DNA from: Girardia tigrina
Taxonomy: Eukaryota
Length of the DNA stretch: 53,097 nt
Direction of reading: 5' to 3'
NCBI GenBank assembly: GCA_001938485.1
Contig: MQRK01183785.1
Span: forward strand, 1-53,097
Shown here: positions 1 to 13,195 of the stretch, in pieces
How positions within the stretch are numbered: position 1 is the first letter of the stretch
Layout: each line of letters opens with the position of its first letter
Notes under the pieces: generated by a model
The model's input: only the letters and a program-made list of their open reading frames with translations
Databases searched by the model: none
Told to the model about the DNA's origin: nothing
Translations under genes and position numbers: made by a program

Positions 1-3000
1 CGCGACCGTTGCTATGTTAATCGGGTCGGTTGCCATGGTAACCACGATAACCCATATCGTTGCTATGGTTACGGCCAGGGGGGGGGGTATGTAGGCCGAA
101 TGCCCATTTTCCCCCTACTTATGCGTGTGTCTTGATAGTGGATGTTAGTTTTTTTTATGTTAGAAAATTTCATGATAATAAAATTTTTCGTGATACAAGG
201 TTAATTTTTTTTTTATTTGATTTTTTTTTTAGAATTATCGTTAACTAGTTGTTAATATTTTTACTTTCTATAATTTATTTGTAGTAAAAATAGACTCATT
301 TTGTTGACCACTTGAGTCTATTTTTACAATATCTGTTCTCGAGAAGAAATCTGCTACCACATTTTATTTTCCCGCGAAGAATTTGATTTTGCAAGAAAAA
401 TAATTTATAAAAAATAAAAAAATAAATAATGACAGAAATAATTCAGTGAAAAAATAAATAAAGCACGAACTTATAAATAAATCAACAAATAATACTAACT
501 TTAGTAGTATCTCATATGGTAGTTGGTTGATTATATATGTTGTATTATTGTAGAAAATTTTGAAAATACGTTATATTTAATATTCAATTTTTTATTTTTT
601 AAATATTTAATTTTTAATCATATCATTAAATTAATTTAAAATTAGAAAATACATTTTTACAAATATTAATAAATTTTTTTTATCAGATATAAATTACTTT
701 AAAATACTGTTTTGTCTGTTATCTGTTTTGATCAACTCATTTTTTATTAAAATAATATTTTAATTCAAAATAAATTTATAAAGAATGTTTTTAAATTCAA
801 ATCTAAAATAATTAATTAATTCTAATTAATTTTTAAAATTTTCAATTTGATTCTAATTTAAAACTATTTAAAATTTGATCATCGAACCAAAAATTAATTA
901 CCTCCTCATAACAATACCGGATAACTTATCCATTAACGTAATTGTTAACGCTCTTTGTTCGCCAAGGAATAAATAATTATTTCTGCTGTTTTCTAGTCGT
1001 CGTAAGTTGAATTTAATTTTTATTGTTTTTTTCAATTTAATGATTTTTTAAAATTTTTAATATTTAATTTAATTTAGTCATAGGGAGGAAATAATTTATT
1101 TTCTTTAATTCCTAGCTTTCATCTCGTTTCTTTTTTTTAAATCAAACTTTCTTTTTCTTGATTTCGCATTTTTCTTGTTGAATCCTTTAGGTGGCGACAA
1201 TAATCAATTATAAAAAATAAAAATAAATAAGGAAAGAAATAATTCAGTGAATAAATAAATAAATAGGTACAAAGCAGGCACTTATAAATAAATCAACAAA
1301 TAAATAAATATACAGTAGGCAATAACTATACCGGATGACTTATCAATTACTACACTGCAACAAAGACTAAGAGTAATAATCTTAAAAGAAATATACAACA
1401 CAATAGGTAATCATTTGATGGATTTTTGATGTCATAAATATCAAAAAGGAACCGAAGTAGTTCTGGCAATAATTCTCTTATCGCCACTGATGTATGTTAG
1501 AAATGTGTATTTATAACAAGTACATAATGCAGTTCCTGGCACACAGCTTTCAGATGATAGCTTGTAGTGACATGGTTACAATGGATGCGGCAGTGTTCTC
1601 CTTCCAGAGAGGTGCAACAGGTCCCCGACAACGTAATCTCCTATCGCTTGAGGTGGCAATAAACTGGTTCAACGCAGGAACAACTTTGAGGTAAATCAAG
1701 AGCTGTTGTGCGAAGATCAAGTTCGCGATAACTCAGCTTCTGAATTACAAAGCGCACATAGATGCTGAGTGTCAGTATGCACCATCGAAAGACCGAGTTG
1801 ATCTACAAGTATATCTACCTGGTTCAAAGATGTTGTACCTGATAGATCAAGTACCCATATGATACTAAAAATAGCATGGCCCACAGTAACAAAAAGAATC
1901 TTGAACACTACAAGATCTTGACGGAGACTTACCATCTGAGGATGGAAACAACTCATCATATGAGGAAGAGTCATCCTCAGATGTTGAGTTGATAAGGTAT
2001 TGAGTAAGAGTGTCAGGCTTTGTGGAAACGATCACCCAATTTAAGGATGCGGGGGAAACCGCGAGTAAAGAACCTCTGTGGAAACCAGGGCATATGTTGA
2101 GGACGGCTTCGGCTCGAAACATGGTGCGAATGTATTCATGTACCAACCGGGCACTTTTGCTCACAGACAAAGAAAGCATGAAATCGAAAGAAAAAAGTTT
2201 TAACTAATACAAACATTGAGAGAGTTCATGAACTCTACTAAAGTAGTCAAAACACACCAGAAAGACAAGCAGCACGAGTTCTTAATTGTAAAGAAGCTTA
2301 TTTACCGATTCTGATAAATAAACTTCCTTTTTGTTATGATAATACTAATATCATTTAACCGAATCATCCACAATGAAATATAAAAGTAACAGTGTATATA
2401 AAAAGATACTTCTTTTGTAGAGGAACGGTCAAAGAAATGAAAATAGTCAAACCATTAGAATTGAAAGCGATTGAAAAGTTTGATCGGTAAATTCTAATAA
2501 CAAGGATAGGATAGTGACGACCGATAGATCATTAAAGAATTGAATTAGAACTTAGTCGTCTTGACGAACTGATTTTAGAAATGCAAAACAATCACCTTGC
2601 GTAACCATTAGACTAACCTTTAAATATTAATTTGCATATTTTTATCATTTATAAGTCTTCAGTTATAAGATGCTTTGAAATGTCTAACAAAGCAATATTG
2701 AGGCGCCTACATAACGATTAGTTTGGCGACACCAGACATGACATATATATATNNNNNNNNNNNNNNNNNNNNNNNNNNNNNNNNNNNNNNNNNNNNNNNN
2801 NNNNNNNNNNNNNNNNNNNNNNNNNNNNNNNNNNNNNNNNNNNNNNNNNNNNNNNNNNNNNNNNNNNNNNNNNNNNNNNNNNNNNNNNNNNNNNNNNNNN
2901 NNNNNNNNNNNNNNNNNNNNNNNNNNNNNNNNNNGTCTTAGCTGTTATCTTAGACAGAAAACTATACCACTAACAATAAAAGATAAAAGGAAATAATGTT

Positions 3001-3559
3001 TGGGAACTGGGTATTTATTTAAAATATGAAGATTGAATGAATTTGGTAGGTTACATAATTAAGGGTTATCTGATTGTGATCACCGCAAATAAAGAACTAT
3101 ATAATCAATAAAAAGATATTAATTATTTTAAATTAACTAAGTTTATTGCACAAGAACAATATACAAGTACTAGAAAACTAAATAATCAACGATGTAGATA
3201 GTCTAAATAAATTTCGTGATAAATGTCTATGCTTAGGATATAATTTGATGAGGAATATTTTTTTTTAGATTATAATTGATCTTCGGCTATCTTTTATTCA
3301 CGAAATATAGGAAATAAAATTATATACGAATTGTAACTTGATATAGGAAATGGAATATATCAAAATTATTGAGTTGGTAACAGAGATAAATCGAATAGTT
3401 TTCTTCAAATATCCGATCGACAATTGTAGTTAAAATATAGAGGAATTTTACCTGATAATTNNNNNNNNNNNNNNNNNNNNNNNNNNNNNNNNNNNNNNNN
3501 NNNNNNNNNNNNNNNNNNNNNNNNNNNNNNNNNNNNNNNNNNNNNNNNNNNNNNNNNNN

Positions 3560-3599
<40 letters not shown>

Positions 3600-3726
3600 C
3601 TTATATTAAATAGAAATATGTTAAAACATTTTAAAAAATTATATTTGATTATGTTTTAATCAGCTTCAGTATATTAATATTTTGATATTGTACGAGTATA
3701 TACGAAAAACTGGATATTTATTATAC

Positions 3727-4681
3727 CAGACATATCCAACCCATGGCCCATTTGAAAACTATTGCGGCCCAAATTGAAGTTTTAATCTGTCTATCTTATT
3801 GTAACTGTTAAATTCTACACATTATTATTGTTAAGAAAAGTCACATTTTTTACAACTTTTATTATTATTACAGTTTGGATTATTTTCTGAATAATCCGTA
3901 GTAAGACTTTCATACATCAATATTGTTCTTGAATCAAGAATAATATTCCTCAAAATTATGAATCGAACAACAATTTTGATTTTTTGTAAATAAATTAAAA
4001 GGCTGTTGGCGAAAAATTAGAGTTTAATAATTAAAAACGTCATCTTTATTCTTTTCTGGACAGTTATATCAATCAAAACAAGTGCAATCTGGTCGACTTT
4101 CAACTTGTAATTGTAATCTGTGTTTGAAGTAAAATAGTGATATTTCCTGTTTTTAAGTTGATTACCGATTGTTATCAAAATATAAAATCCTTTGTAACAA
4201 AGCTTCAGCTTTATGCAAATCAAATCAGTTCATTTCCCATTATTAAATGACTATGAAAGTAACGATAAAAACTTGTTGAATAATTCTACTGAAATAGCGA
4301 AATTACTTGACGAATTCAATACTAGATTCTTATACATGCGAAAGTATGAGAAAATGTTCAAAATATTCGTAGCTCCATTTAATGTAGAAGTGGAATCAAG
4401 CGCCTCCAAATTTACAAATGGAGCTAATAGAATTACAATAAAGTTAAAATGGATGTTCGAATGACATAAGATTGAGTTTTATCAGAAATATATCCTCAAA
4501 GATAAATATCCAAATTTAATATTGGTATTTAAAAAATCTCAAGTGATATACAACAAGTGTCACACTAATTGTACGATAATAAAATATTTTGAATAATTTC
4601 TAGTTTTATTTTTCTATGTGCGGCCCACAGATCGGTAATTTTATTTTTGGCCCACCAAACGATTTAGGTTGGGCACTCCTG
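3727..4681 (+). mobile_element. Internally deleted hAT (SPIN/Charlie/GTF2IRD2-like) transposon
   Basis: Degenerate TIRs cagacatatccaacc / ggttgggcactcctg; subterminal gcggccc motifs; near-TSD tattatac/tattgcac; transposase remnant HFPLL...EFNTRF...PFNVE...QMELIELQ...KYPNL. Confidence 0.8.
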
Positions 4682-5358
4682 TATTGCACAAATGAACAAA
4701 AATTAACAACTATAGCGATGAATAAATTATTAGTAAAAGTGTTATGAATTATAACTTTAGAAACCTAATTTGGTAATTTTAATTATGGCGGGTATTAATT
4801 AGTAATAATACTAATAATGTAATTTAGTTTTTATATTATTTCAATCTGATACTTCATGACATATCCTAAGGTATGCATAGTGTTCTAGTCCTTGAATAAT
4901 TTGGAAATAAAATACTTTTCACTCTTTATTTTGTTCATCTATGAATTATGTAAAGTTACCCATTTAATTATAAAATCTAAACAAGTTATAGTATTCCTGT
5001 GTAGATATATCCAAAAAATGTTGCTATTAAACTAAACAAGTAAATATACAACAATGATATGATATCTATATCATATTATTTAAACATTTTTGTATTCAAA
5101 TAAAAGCCTAGGATTGGCCTAACTTTTAAAAACAGAATTATTGTCAATTTAAAAATTCCCTCTTCATATCACCAAATTTTTTTATGAACCAAAATTTATA
5201 TATATATATATTGTTTTGGATAAGGCTCAATGGCAACTTCGATAAAAGAAAACAAAAACGCCATTTATCAATAATTTTATTTCTTAAAACTAGTTTTGCC
5301 TTTACAGGCACTGTCAGTTAAAATGAATATTTAAACAAAATTACAAGTCATTTTGTTT

Positions 5359-5397
<39 letters not shown>

Positions 5398-6197
5398 CTT
5401 AAATAAGTTTCAAATAGACACTATATAGGACACAAAAATCAAATTTAAATTAATTGTAAAAATAGTAATGTAGACGACTTTGTTTTACCATCTGCATAAA
5501 ATGTGATGATTTCCGGACATTGATTTAGCTCGTAACAAGTGACGCTTATATCGTGATACCCACTTGATACATTCTACTCACAGTCGCAAACCTCATTTTA
5601 CTACTCAAAAATTTTTAGTCAATTTATTATTATTATTCAACTGTTTTAGAGACATTAAAAAAATAATACAAATTTTAGGGTTAACTAAATTTGGAGAAAT
5701 TCTGTAAAACCTGTAAAAAAAGATATTTTCAATATCAAATATTGTTTTGTTAGATTATTTTAATATATAATATTGTACGATTATTGGATATGATTCATGA
5801 ACTTGTTAATCTCAGATTTGAATCCTAGGATCCAAATATTATCTTTAAAAATCAGTTGTTAAAACCTGCTTTTTGTAGTTTTGATTGATGTTTCTCGATT
5901 TTTCATTAAATAACTAAGTGTTTAAAAAACAGACAGTTTATTCAAAAGAAAGGAAACAGGAACTAAAGGAATATAGATGTTCTTTTAAAGCTAGAATATA
6001 TTGTATCTATTAAGATAAAATTGGCGCTAAATGTAGTTATATCACGATCTTCTTTTTTCAAACTGAATAAATGATAAAAATGATAATTTTACAAAAATGA
6101 TAAAATCTTAAATAGAAAATATCTAAAATTTCTAAATAATGAACTTATTCTTATTTGAATAAACTATTATTAGTAGAACAAATGTTCTTAAACTTAC

Positions 6198-6871
6198 CTC
6201 ATTAATGTTTTTATAAGTTTTTATAAGATCAACAGATAATTTAACAAGAATGTGAGGATTAGAGCATCGAGGATTCAATTTCGCTAAGCCTGTTTCCATT
6301 GGCAAAGTCGTAAGATTCTTATCAACTGATGAATCAGATTTTTGAACATTTGCATGACTTAAATTTGATTGTTTATCGTTTGATGTTTTTGATGAAGTAA
6401 GTGACGTGGATATATTATGAGACCGACTGAGATTTTGTTGAGCATTTGAAGAAAAAGTATTAACATAGAGTTTATCTAATCCAAGATTTCCTTGGCAATA
6501 ACTGAAATCCGGATAATGATAATAAGAACCACCAATATCTTCAGCTTTCTTTTCAGATTTGGGACTGACGTAAGTTGAAATAATTGATGATAGTGATCCC
6601 GAATTGCGATTAGGAGAGGCCATTTGTACCTCAGCTGAAGATAAGTTGGTGATATCCATCGGTTCATTTGAACTTGAAAGGTTAGCATAAATTGTATTTT
6701 CTGAAGATGTTTCTAAAACAGTATTAAAACTGGAAAAGATGGATTTCGATGACGTATCACTTTGATGTAGACCTAAAATGCCCTTACGTTTTTCGATTTG
6801 ATTTAGCTGATCGACAGTAACTAGATGCCCATATACAGGTATATTATTTCCACCCATTGTATGCTGCTGAT
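6198..6871 (-). CDS. DYRK1: Exon of a DYRK1/minibrain-family dual-specificity kinase (N-terminal region)
   Basis: ORF 6132..6911 contains LVKLSVDLIKTYKNINE, matching the DYRK1 signature LRKLSVDLIKTYKHINE. It is followed directly by the strong donor GAG|gtaagt; acceptor tttag at 6872. Kinase-domain exons were not seen in the window. Confidence 0.88.
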
Positions 6872-7097
6872 CTAAATTGAAAATAAGAGAATATTCAATA
6901 TATCTTTTCACAAAAACAGATAAAAAATTACTTTAAAATTAAATATATAAATTAGTTTAAATTACTTCCAAAAGAATTGTTTGTGTAAAATTATTGAAAT
7001 TATTATACCAAATTTATTGAGCTTCAATAGTTTAAGGGATACTATTACTGTGAGATATTACAAAATTAAATGAAAAATCTTGAAATGAAAAAATTAA

Positions 7098-7129
<32 letters not shown>

Positions 7130-8023
7130 CTTGTAGTTAAGAGTAATTAACGAGCACCAACCATTTACTTTTTAATTTGGGTAATGTAAAACAATATTTA
7201 ATGATAGAAATAATTTTACAATATCATCAACGCTTGTATTTTTTTAAATTTCTTAATTCTTATTTTTATATGTCAAAGGTATGTGTAAAATAAAATAGAT
7301 TAAAAGCAGTGTGTTATGCGTGATAATTGTGTGAAATCGGTGTGTGAATTATATAAGTTTCCGGGTCAAGTATTGTTTTATGCATATAAATTAATATTAA
7401 ATGAATTTAGTTACCATTTAAGTATGTTATAAAATTTTTATCTCATTTTTCATTGGCTTATGATGTTTTGAAGCGCTAATTTTCCTTTATTTTGTTCTTA
7501 AGTGCAAGTTAAGAGCAAGTGACTGTATAACATATGGGTGCATGTTTATTAGATTGTGTGAAATACAATTTACAATTAATTTTGGCCTACTAACAATTAC
7601 TTAAAATTCATAGCGGGATCAACCTCTTAATTCTTATACATCTCAAAAATGTTACTATAATTAAAAGAAAGTTATTAACAAACAATTTTAAGAGAATAAT
7701 TATCTTCTAAGTTACAGAATAAAGAACATTTAAAACTGAAAAGACAAAATAATATTCTTTTGAACTCCTGAAATGGAAACTCATTCGTTTCGGAAAACTA
7801 GTTTTCATTCATCAATCAAATTCGGTTTCCACATAATTAGTTCTCATATTGCTATTGTTTTTTAGAAATATGTTTGCATAAACCAAAACTATATTTAATT
7901 ATGATTAATCAACAACTAATTTGTGTTTTAATTTTTAATTTAATTTTTAAAATGTATGCTGTAATAACAGATTTATAATATTGTTCTTAAGAACACTAAT
8001 ATGATTTTCAACATGTATTACTA

Positions 8024-9632
8024 TCCTACCCCATAAGTCACCGGTCACTTGATTTTTTAATCACGTTTTTCAATGGATATAAAATATGAACCAATTGCAC
8101 GATTTGTATAAAATAAAAATTTCTATATAATTTCAACCCAGTTTAATAATAATTTAACAATAAAAACTTGAAATTTCTAAATAATAAAAATTTATTTCAA
8201 TCTGAAAACAATTTATATTGGTTCTAAATTCACCGGACAAATTATGTTGTTTTTATAAACAGCGGTTAATGCAGTGTAACATCTCCTTTTGCTTCAATAA
8301 CGGCTTTTATGAGTTTCTCCATAGTGGCTATAAGATTAAAACAAATTTCCCTACTTATACTGGTCCATATGCTAAACAATATTTTAATCGACTCACTCTT
8401 ACTTTTTGGTTAATTTACTTTTAGTTTTGACTTCATTAAGTCCACAAATTTTCAATTGGGTGTAAATCTGAACTTGTAGAAGATTAATCTAGCACAGAGA
8501 TGTTATTTTTGAACCAACAATTGCTTGATTTTGCAGTGTGACAACTGGCTTCATCCTGTTGAAAAAAAATCATTTGGTAAATTGTAACATAATTTTTTAA
8601 CATAATTTTTTAACATAATCGGTAACAGATTTTGATAACATTTTTCGATAATTGGCTGAGTTTACAATATTATTGATCATATGTAAATTTTTCCCACCTT
8701 CGGCGGTCATAAAACCCAAAACCATAACTGATTCTCCAAACTTAATCTTTCGTTCCAGGCAGTCTGAATATATTCTTCAGAATTGCGTCATATGTCAGTA
8801 TCACCATCTGATATACTCATTTCAAAGCTGGATTCACTTGATATAACCTTCAGCCATAGAATCGAGAACCATGTTTATGTATTTTTTTTTCCAATTTAGT
8901 CTCGACATATTTTTTTAAAAAATAACTTTTGTTTAACTTACACAAAAAATAATACATTAAATTAAATGATAAATAAACTTTAACCCAACCTTATAATATT
9001 TATAACCGATTTTTTTATTCGTCTTTTACATGTACTATTAGTTATGTTCTTCTTTATTTCTGAAATCCAAATACTTTTAATTTCTTCGAAAGATTTATAC
9101 CTATTTCCATTGATAATTTTGACTAACTGTCTGACATTTCAGGAGTTCGTAATTATTGGCCTTTTCGCTCTTCTTTTTTTCAGTTTTACTTTTTGATTTG
9201 ATCTTTTTTATGTTACCATACACCGTCCATTTAGTAATTTGAAGCGTATGAGCAATTTTCTTATTAAACAGTTTTTGTTCATGTAGATTTGAAATGATTG
9301 TCTTCTAAATTTGTAATAATTCTTTTCTAGCCATTTCACAATTTCGAATTACTATAAAGCATAGTAAACTTGATATTTAAACAAAATTTGTTATTACTGT
9401 TCGTTAATATAAATAATTTTTTATGATTTGCTAAGAATTATTATAATTTTGAAAGATTTTATTTAATCTACCCGGTGACTTTTGAACCAACATAAATTGT
9501 TTTCTAGTTAAAATAATTTTTTATATTTAGAGATTTCAAGTTTTTATTGTTAAATTATTATTAAACTGGGTTGAAATTGTACAGAAATATTTATTTTATA
9601 CAAATATTGCCATCGGTTCATATTTTATGTTC
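8024..9632 (-). mobile_element. Decayed Tc1-like transposon with long IR-DR inverted repeats
   Basis: ~8080-8240 is the inverted copy of ~9470-9630; tcaccgg direct repeats; minus-strand remnants FQQDEASCH and SDLHPIENLW; many stops. Confidence 0.85.
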
Positions 9633-10305
9633 AAACACCAAATTTAACATAAGAAATTTAAAATATTTTTCGTAATTTTAATGAATAATAATTAATCCTA
9701 TAAAACCTTTGTAACATAAAAAGCCGGTATGCTTGTTAAAAAAACTATTAGAGAAAATTATATTTTTTTATAAAATTCTCAATTATATCGTTTTTCAAAA
9801 TCTTTTGTCACTATGGCAATGTTTCCTATTCTACTAACTTAATTTCTAAAGAAAAACAAGAAAATGAAAAATAATAGTAAAAATAAATTTAGTTTTTTAA
9901 AGAAAATCTTAACAAAAACCGGAATCATTATAATGACAATAAGTGTAGGTCACAATAATAAAAATTTATTATCGACAAACAATATAATATATGTTAATGA
10001 TAATATTTGAGAGAAAATATTCCTTGATTGTAATATTCTTGCATAACTTGAAAATTGTATATTAAAGAAATTAAGTTTAAGCATTCTCTTTAAAAATTGT
10101 AAAAGTGATGGTGATTTTTACAATTTGTGATTTAACTTTCCTACGTTTCAGGTATTTATTTTTTTCTGTTAAATTAAATTACATTTGTTTTGAAGGTTAT
10201 TCGAATTAAAATAGAATTTTGCAAAATTTTAGTAATTTAGAAAACATAACAATAATTAAAGAGGAAAGCATAATTACAAACTATTTCTGTATTTCTGCCA
10301 TGATT

Positions 10306-10308
<3 letters not shown>

Positions 10309-10357
<49 letters not shown>

Positions 10358-10407
10358 NNNNNNNNNNNNNNNNNNNNNNNNNNNNNNNNNNNNNNNNNNN
10401 NNNNNNN

Positions 10408-10452
<45 letters not shown>
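10309..10452. repeat. (AT)n microsatellite spanning an assembly gap; similar tracts at ~3560, 5363, 7104, 15025-15186, 39115, 39544, 52936
   Basis: Directly visible. Confidence 0.95.
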
Positions 10453-10454
<2 letters not shown>

Positions 10455-11119
10455 CTTGTAAATTATAAAAAACTACTTTTTTAAAAACCACTTTTAAATT
10501 ATCATAGATTTTATGGTAGAAAATCATGGAGACTACAAAGATCGACTGAGATTTTCTCTGGACAGATTTTGAATGGTTTTCGCAAATCGGAGTTCAATCT
10601 GAAATGGGGTTCAATCCATTTCTGAAGTTCAACTGTGAATCAATCTAAACTCTCAACAATTTGATAGACGAAATTTCGAGTCCAAAATCCGAATGAATGG
10701 TTCCATTGAGAAGGTTTGGATTAAAAAATGACCGGTTGTTTAATGGATACACTTTGAATGTAGTTGAGGGCGATCCAGCTTCGGGATCACAATGGAATCC
10801 CGAAATAATCAGTCCTACTCAACAATTTGCAACCAAAAAGTTTGGCGCCGATTTTTATTTACAAAGATTTTAAAATATTAATTATTATTCAAAAAATCAA
10901 TAATTAGTTTTTGGAAATTCCTCATGACAAAGATACTACCAAATAAAGTATAACTACTAAAGTATGCAATAATGTATTTATTATGAAAAAATTCATAATG
11001 TTATGACAATTATAAAAACAGTATAAATTAGAATTAATTTTTTTCGATTTAATTTATAAATAATATCGCATTTTTCAAAAAAAACTAATGAATCTGTTAG
11101 ATAGTAATTTTTCAATTGA

Positions 11120-11265
11120 TTCATGTGTTGTCACCTAGAATACATTTGTGTAAAATTTCAGCTCAATCTGTCCACGGGAAGTAGATGAAAAGTCGTTTGT
11201 GAGATTAGTAATAAATACACAAAATATATATAGACAAAGAGAGCTATTATAAACGTGATAAAAAT
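11120..11265 (+). mobile_element. Remnant 3' end of a DINE-1/Helentron-like non-autonomous repeat
   Basis: aaatttcagctcaatc...gggaagt...agctattataaacgtgataaaaa resembles ends of DINE-like repeats; pattern recognition only. Confidence 0.35.
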
Positions 11266-11747
11266 CAGTCATGTTCTGTCACCTGAAGAAGCATCTAAAA
11301 GGGAAACGATTTGCAAACAAGGAGGAATTGATGCAAGCAGTGACCTTAATTCTTTGCTAAAAGCCCACTGAGTGGTATAAAAGTGCCTTCTCCGACCGAG
11401 ACAAGCAATGGAATGTGTGCGATAAGAATGATGGAGGCTACGTGCAAAAAATTAAGTGTTTGTATAATCTTTACGATATGTCTAATAAATACACATATTT
11501 TGGATTTATTTGCTTGATTTTTAGTGGGGTAGTTTACGGACTTTTTGAAGTCACCGTGTCCTACAGAATTATATGTATCGTTTGGACGACAAACCAATAG
11601 TATTATTTTTTTCAAAATTCGAATCTATATATGGAAATAAATAAATTATATTGTTTACAAGTCAATAAAATAAATTAATCCTCGGAATTTATATTCTTGA
11701 ATTCTTATTCTTGAATTTATATTCTTAATTCTAGAATAAGTAATATA

Positions 11748-13195
11748 TACCATTTTCCGGTAAAATTGAACATTTTATTTTTCAAATTGAACATTTTACC
11801 AATGAATCGCAACATTTTTTTCAGAAATTTAAATCAAAAATTTTAACTAATAACTAACCTAATAAATAAGTTAGGGTTAATATTAAATATAGAAATATAA
11901 AAAAGAAATTAATTTGTTTAAATTTATTTAACGCAATTTCACGCTTTTTTTCAAAAATCAAAATGGATTCAAATAATTCGAACAATACTGCCTCGACAGT
12001 TAATCCTGCAAGTCAAACCCCAATAAGAGTTTCATATACTAAAATATCAAATGAAAAACGTCAAAGCTTAATTAGACTCGTCTGTGAACAAGGACAGAGT
12101 ATATTAGAAGCATCAGAGATCGTTCAAATTAACTATAATTCAGCAAGAGTAATAGTCAATAAATATAACAAGCACAATATTGTTAACCTCAAAGCAAAAG
12201 GTGGTTCAATAAGAACAGTTCTCACAGCGCATAATATAAACAAAATTGAGGAGGTCGTTACATTTAACACACAGTTTACACTTAAAGAAATTAAATAAAA
12301 ACTTGAGCAAGCAGCTGATTGGATAATTTCGATATCAATAGATGCATTAATAGATGCCTAGAATAGCTAAAAATAACTATGAAACTTTCCCATAGAGAGC
12401 TGGATAGAGTTAATTCGGCCTAAAAAATCATTTTGAGTAAGGAATATGCGCTATGGTTTAACAACCATTTCAACAATGATTTTTCAGGGGCGATATTTAT
12501 CGATGAATCATCTTTTAATTTACATTTAAAAAGATCTCATGTGAGACCGAAGCAAGGAACTCGTGCTATAGTATCAACACCAACAATAAGAGGTAGATCA
12601 ATTTCTTTAATTGCAAGTATGACAATCAACGGAATGGGCTATTGCAAAACAATTGCTAACTCTACCGTCAATGCTAATATTTTTACTGTATATATTACTG
12701 AATTATGTTGCTATTTGAGATATGTTCTTCATGTGCAAAAAGCTTGTTTAATAATGGATAATGCCAGAATACATAAAATAAAGAAATTGAAAGAATAACT
12801 TCAGAATTTAATTTTGAATTTAAATTCCTTTCACCTTATTCTTGCTTATTCTTATGCTTAACCCTATTGAAAATGCTTTTTCAAAAATTAAGAATGGTGT
12901 AAGATCAAAATTAAGATTGGGAACTAATGGATTGTTGTCTGAACTGATGTTATCTGAAACGCATAACATCACGGAATCAGATAGCGCGGGATATTTTAAG
13001 AACATTCTTCAAAATATTATAAACTGCGCAGCTGAATTGCCATATGTTCATCATTAAATAAGTTGTTATTACGAGTTGTTAATATATTAATAAACTATTA
13101 TCATATTTTGTTTTTTTTATTTTATACATGTTCAATTTGAATAATAAAATGTTGCAATTCATTGGTAAAATGTTCAAATTAAACGGAAAATGGTA
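11748..13195 (+). mobile_element. Full-length but mutated IS630/Tc1-superfamily transposon (approximately DD34E)
   Basis: TIRs TACCATTTTCCG / CGGAAAATGGTA with TA flanks; ORF pieces 11963-13057 give an HTH, FIDESSFN, IMDNARIH and PYS..LNPIENAFSKIK; stops and frameshifts present. Confidence 0.93.

Noticed and set aside
11275-11320. CTGAAGA...GAAAC hammerhead-like spacing
   Set aside because: Stem II cannot pair and there is no palindromic stem III or matching stem I.
11963-13057. Fanzor/TnpB-like cargo in the IS630-like element, or a variant genetic code explaining in-frame stops
   Set aside because: The element has room only for the transposase and no RuvC/zinc-finger motifs were seen. delta-COP translates cleanly with the standard code and a TAA stop.
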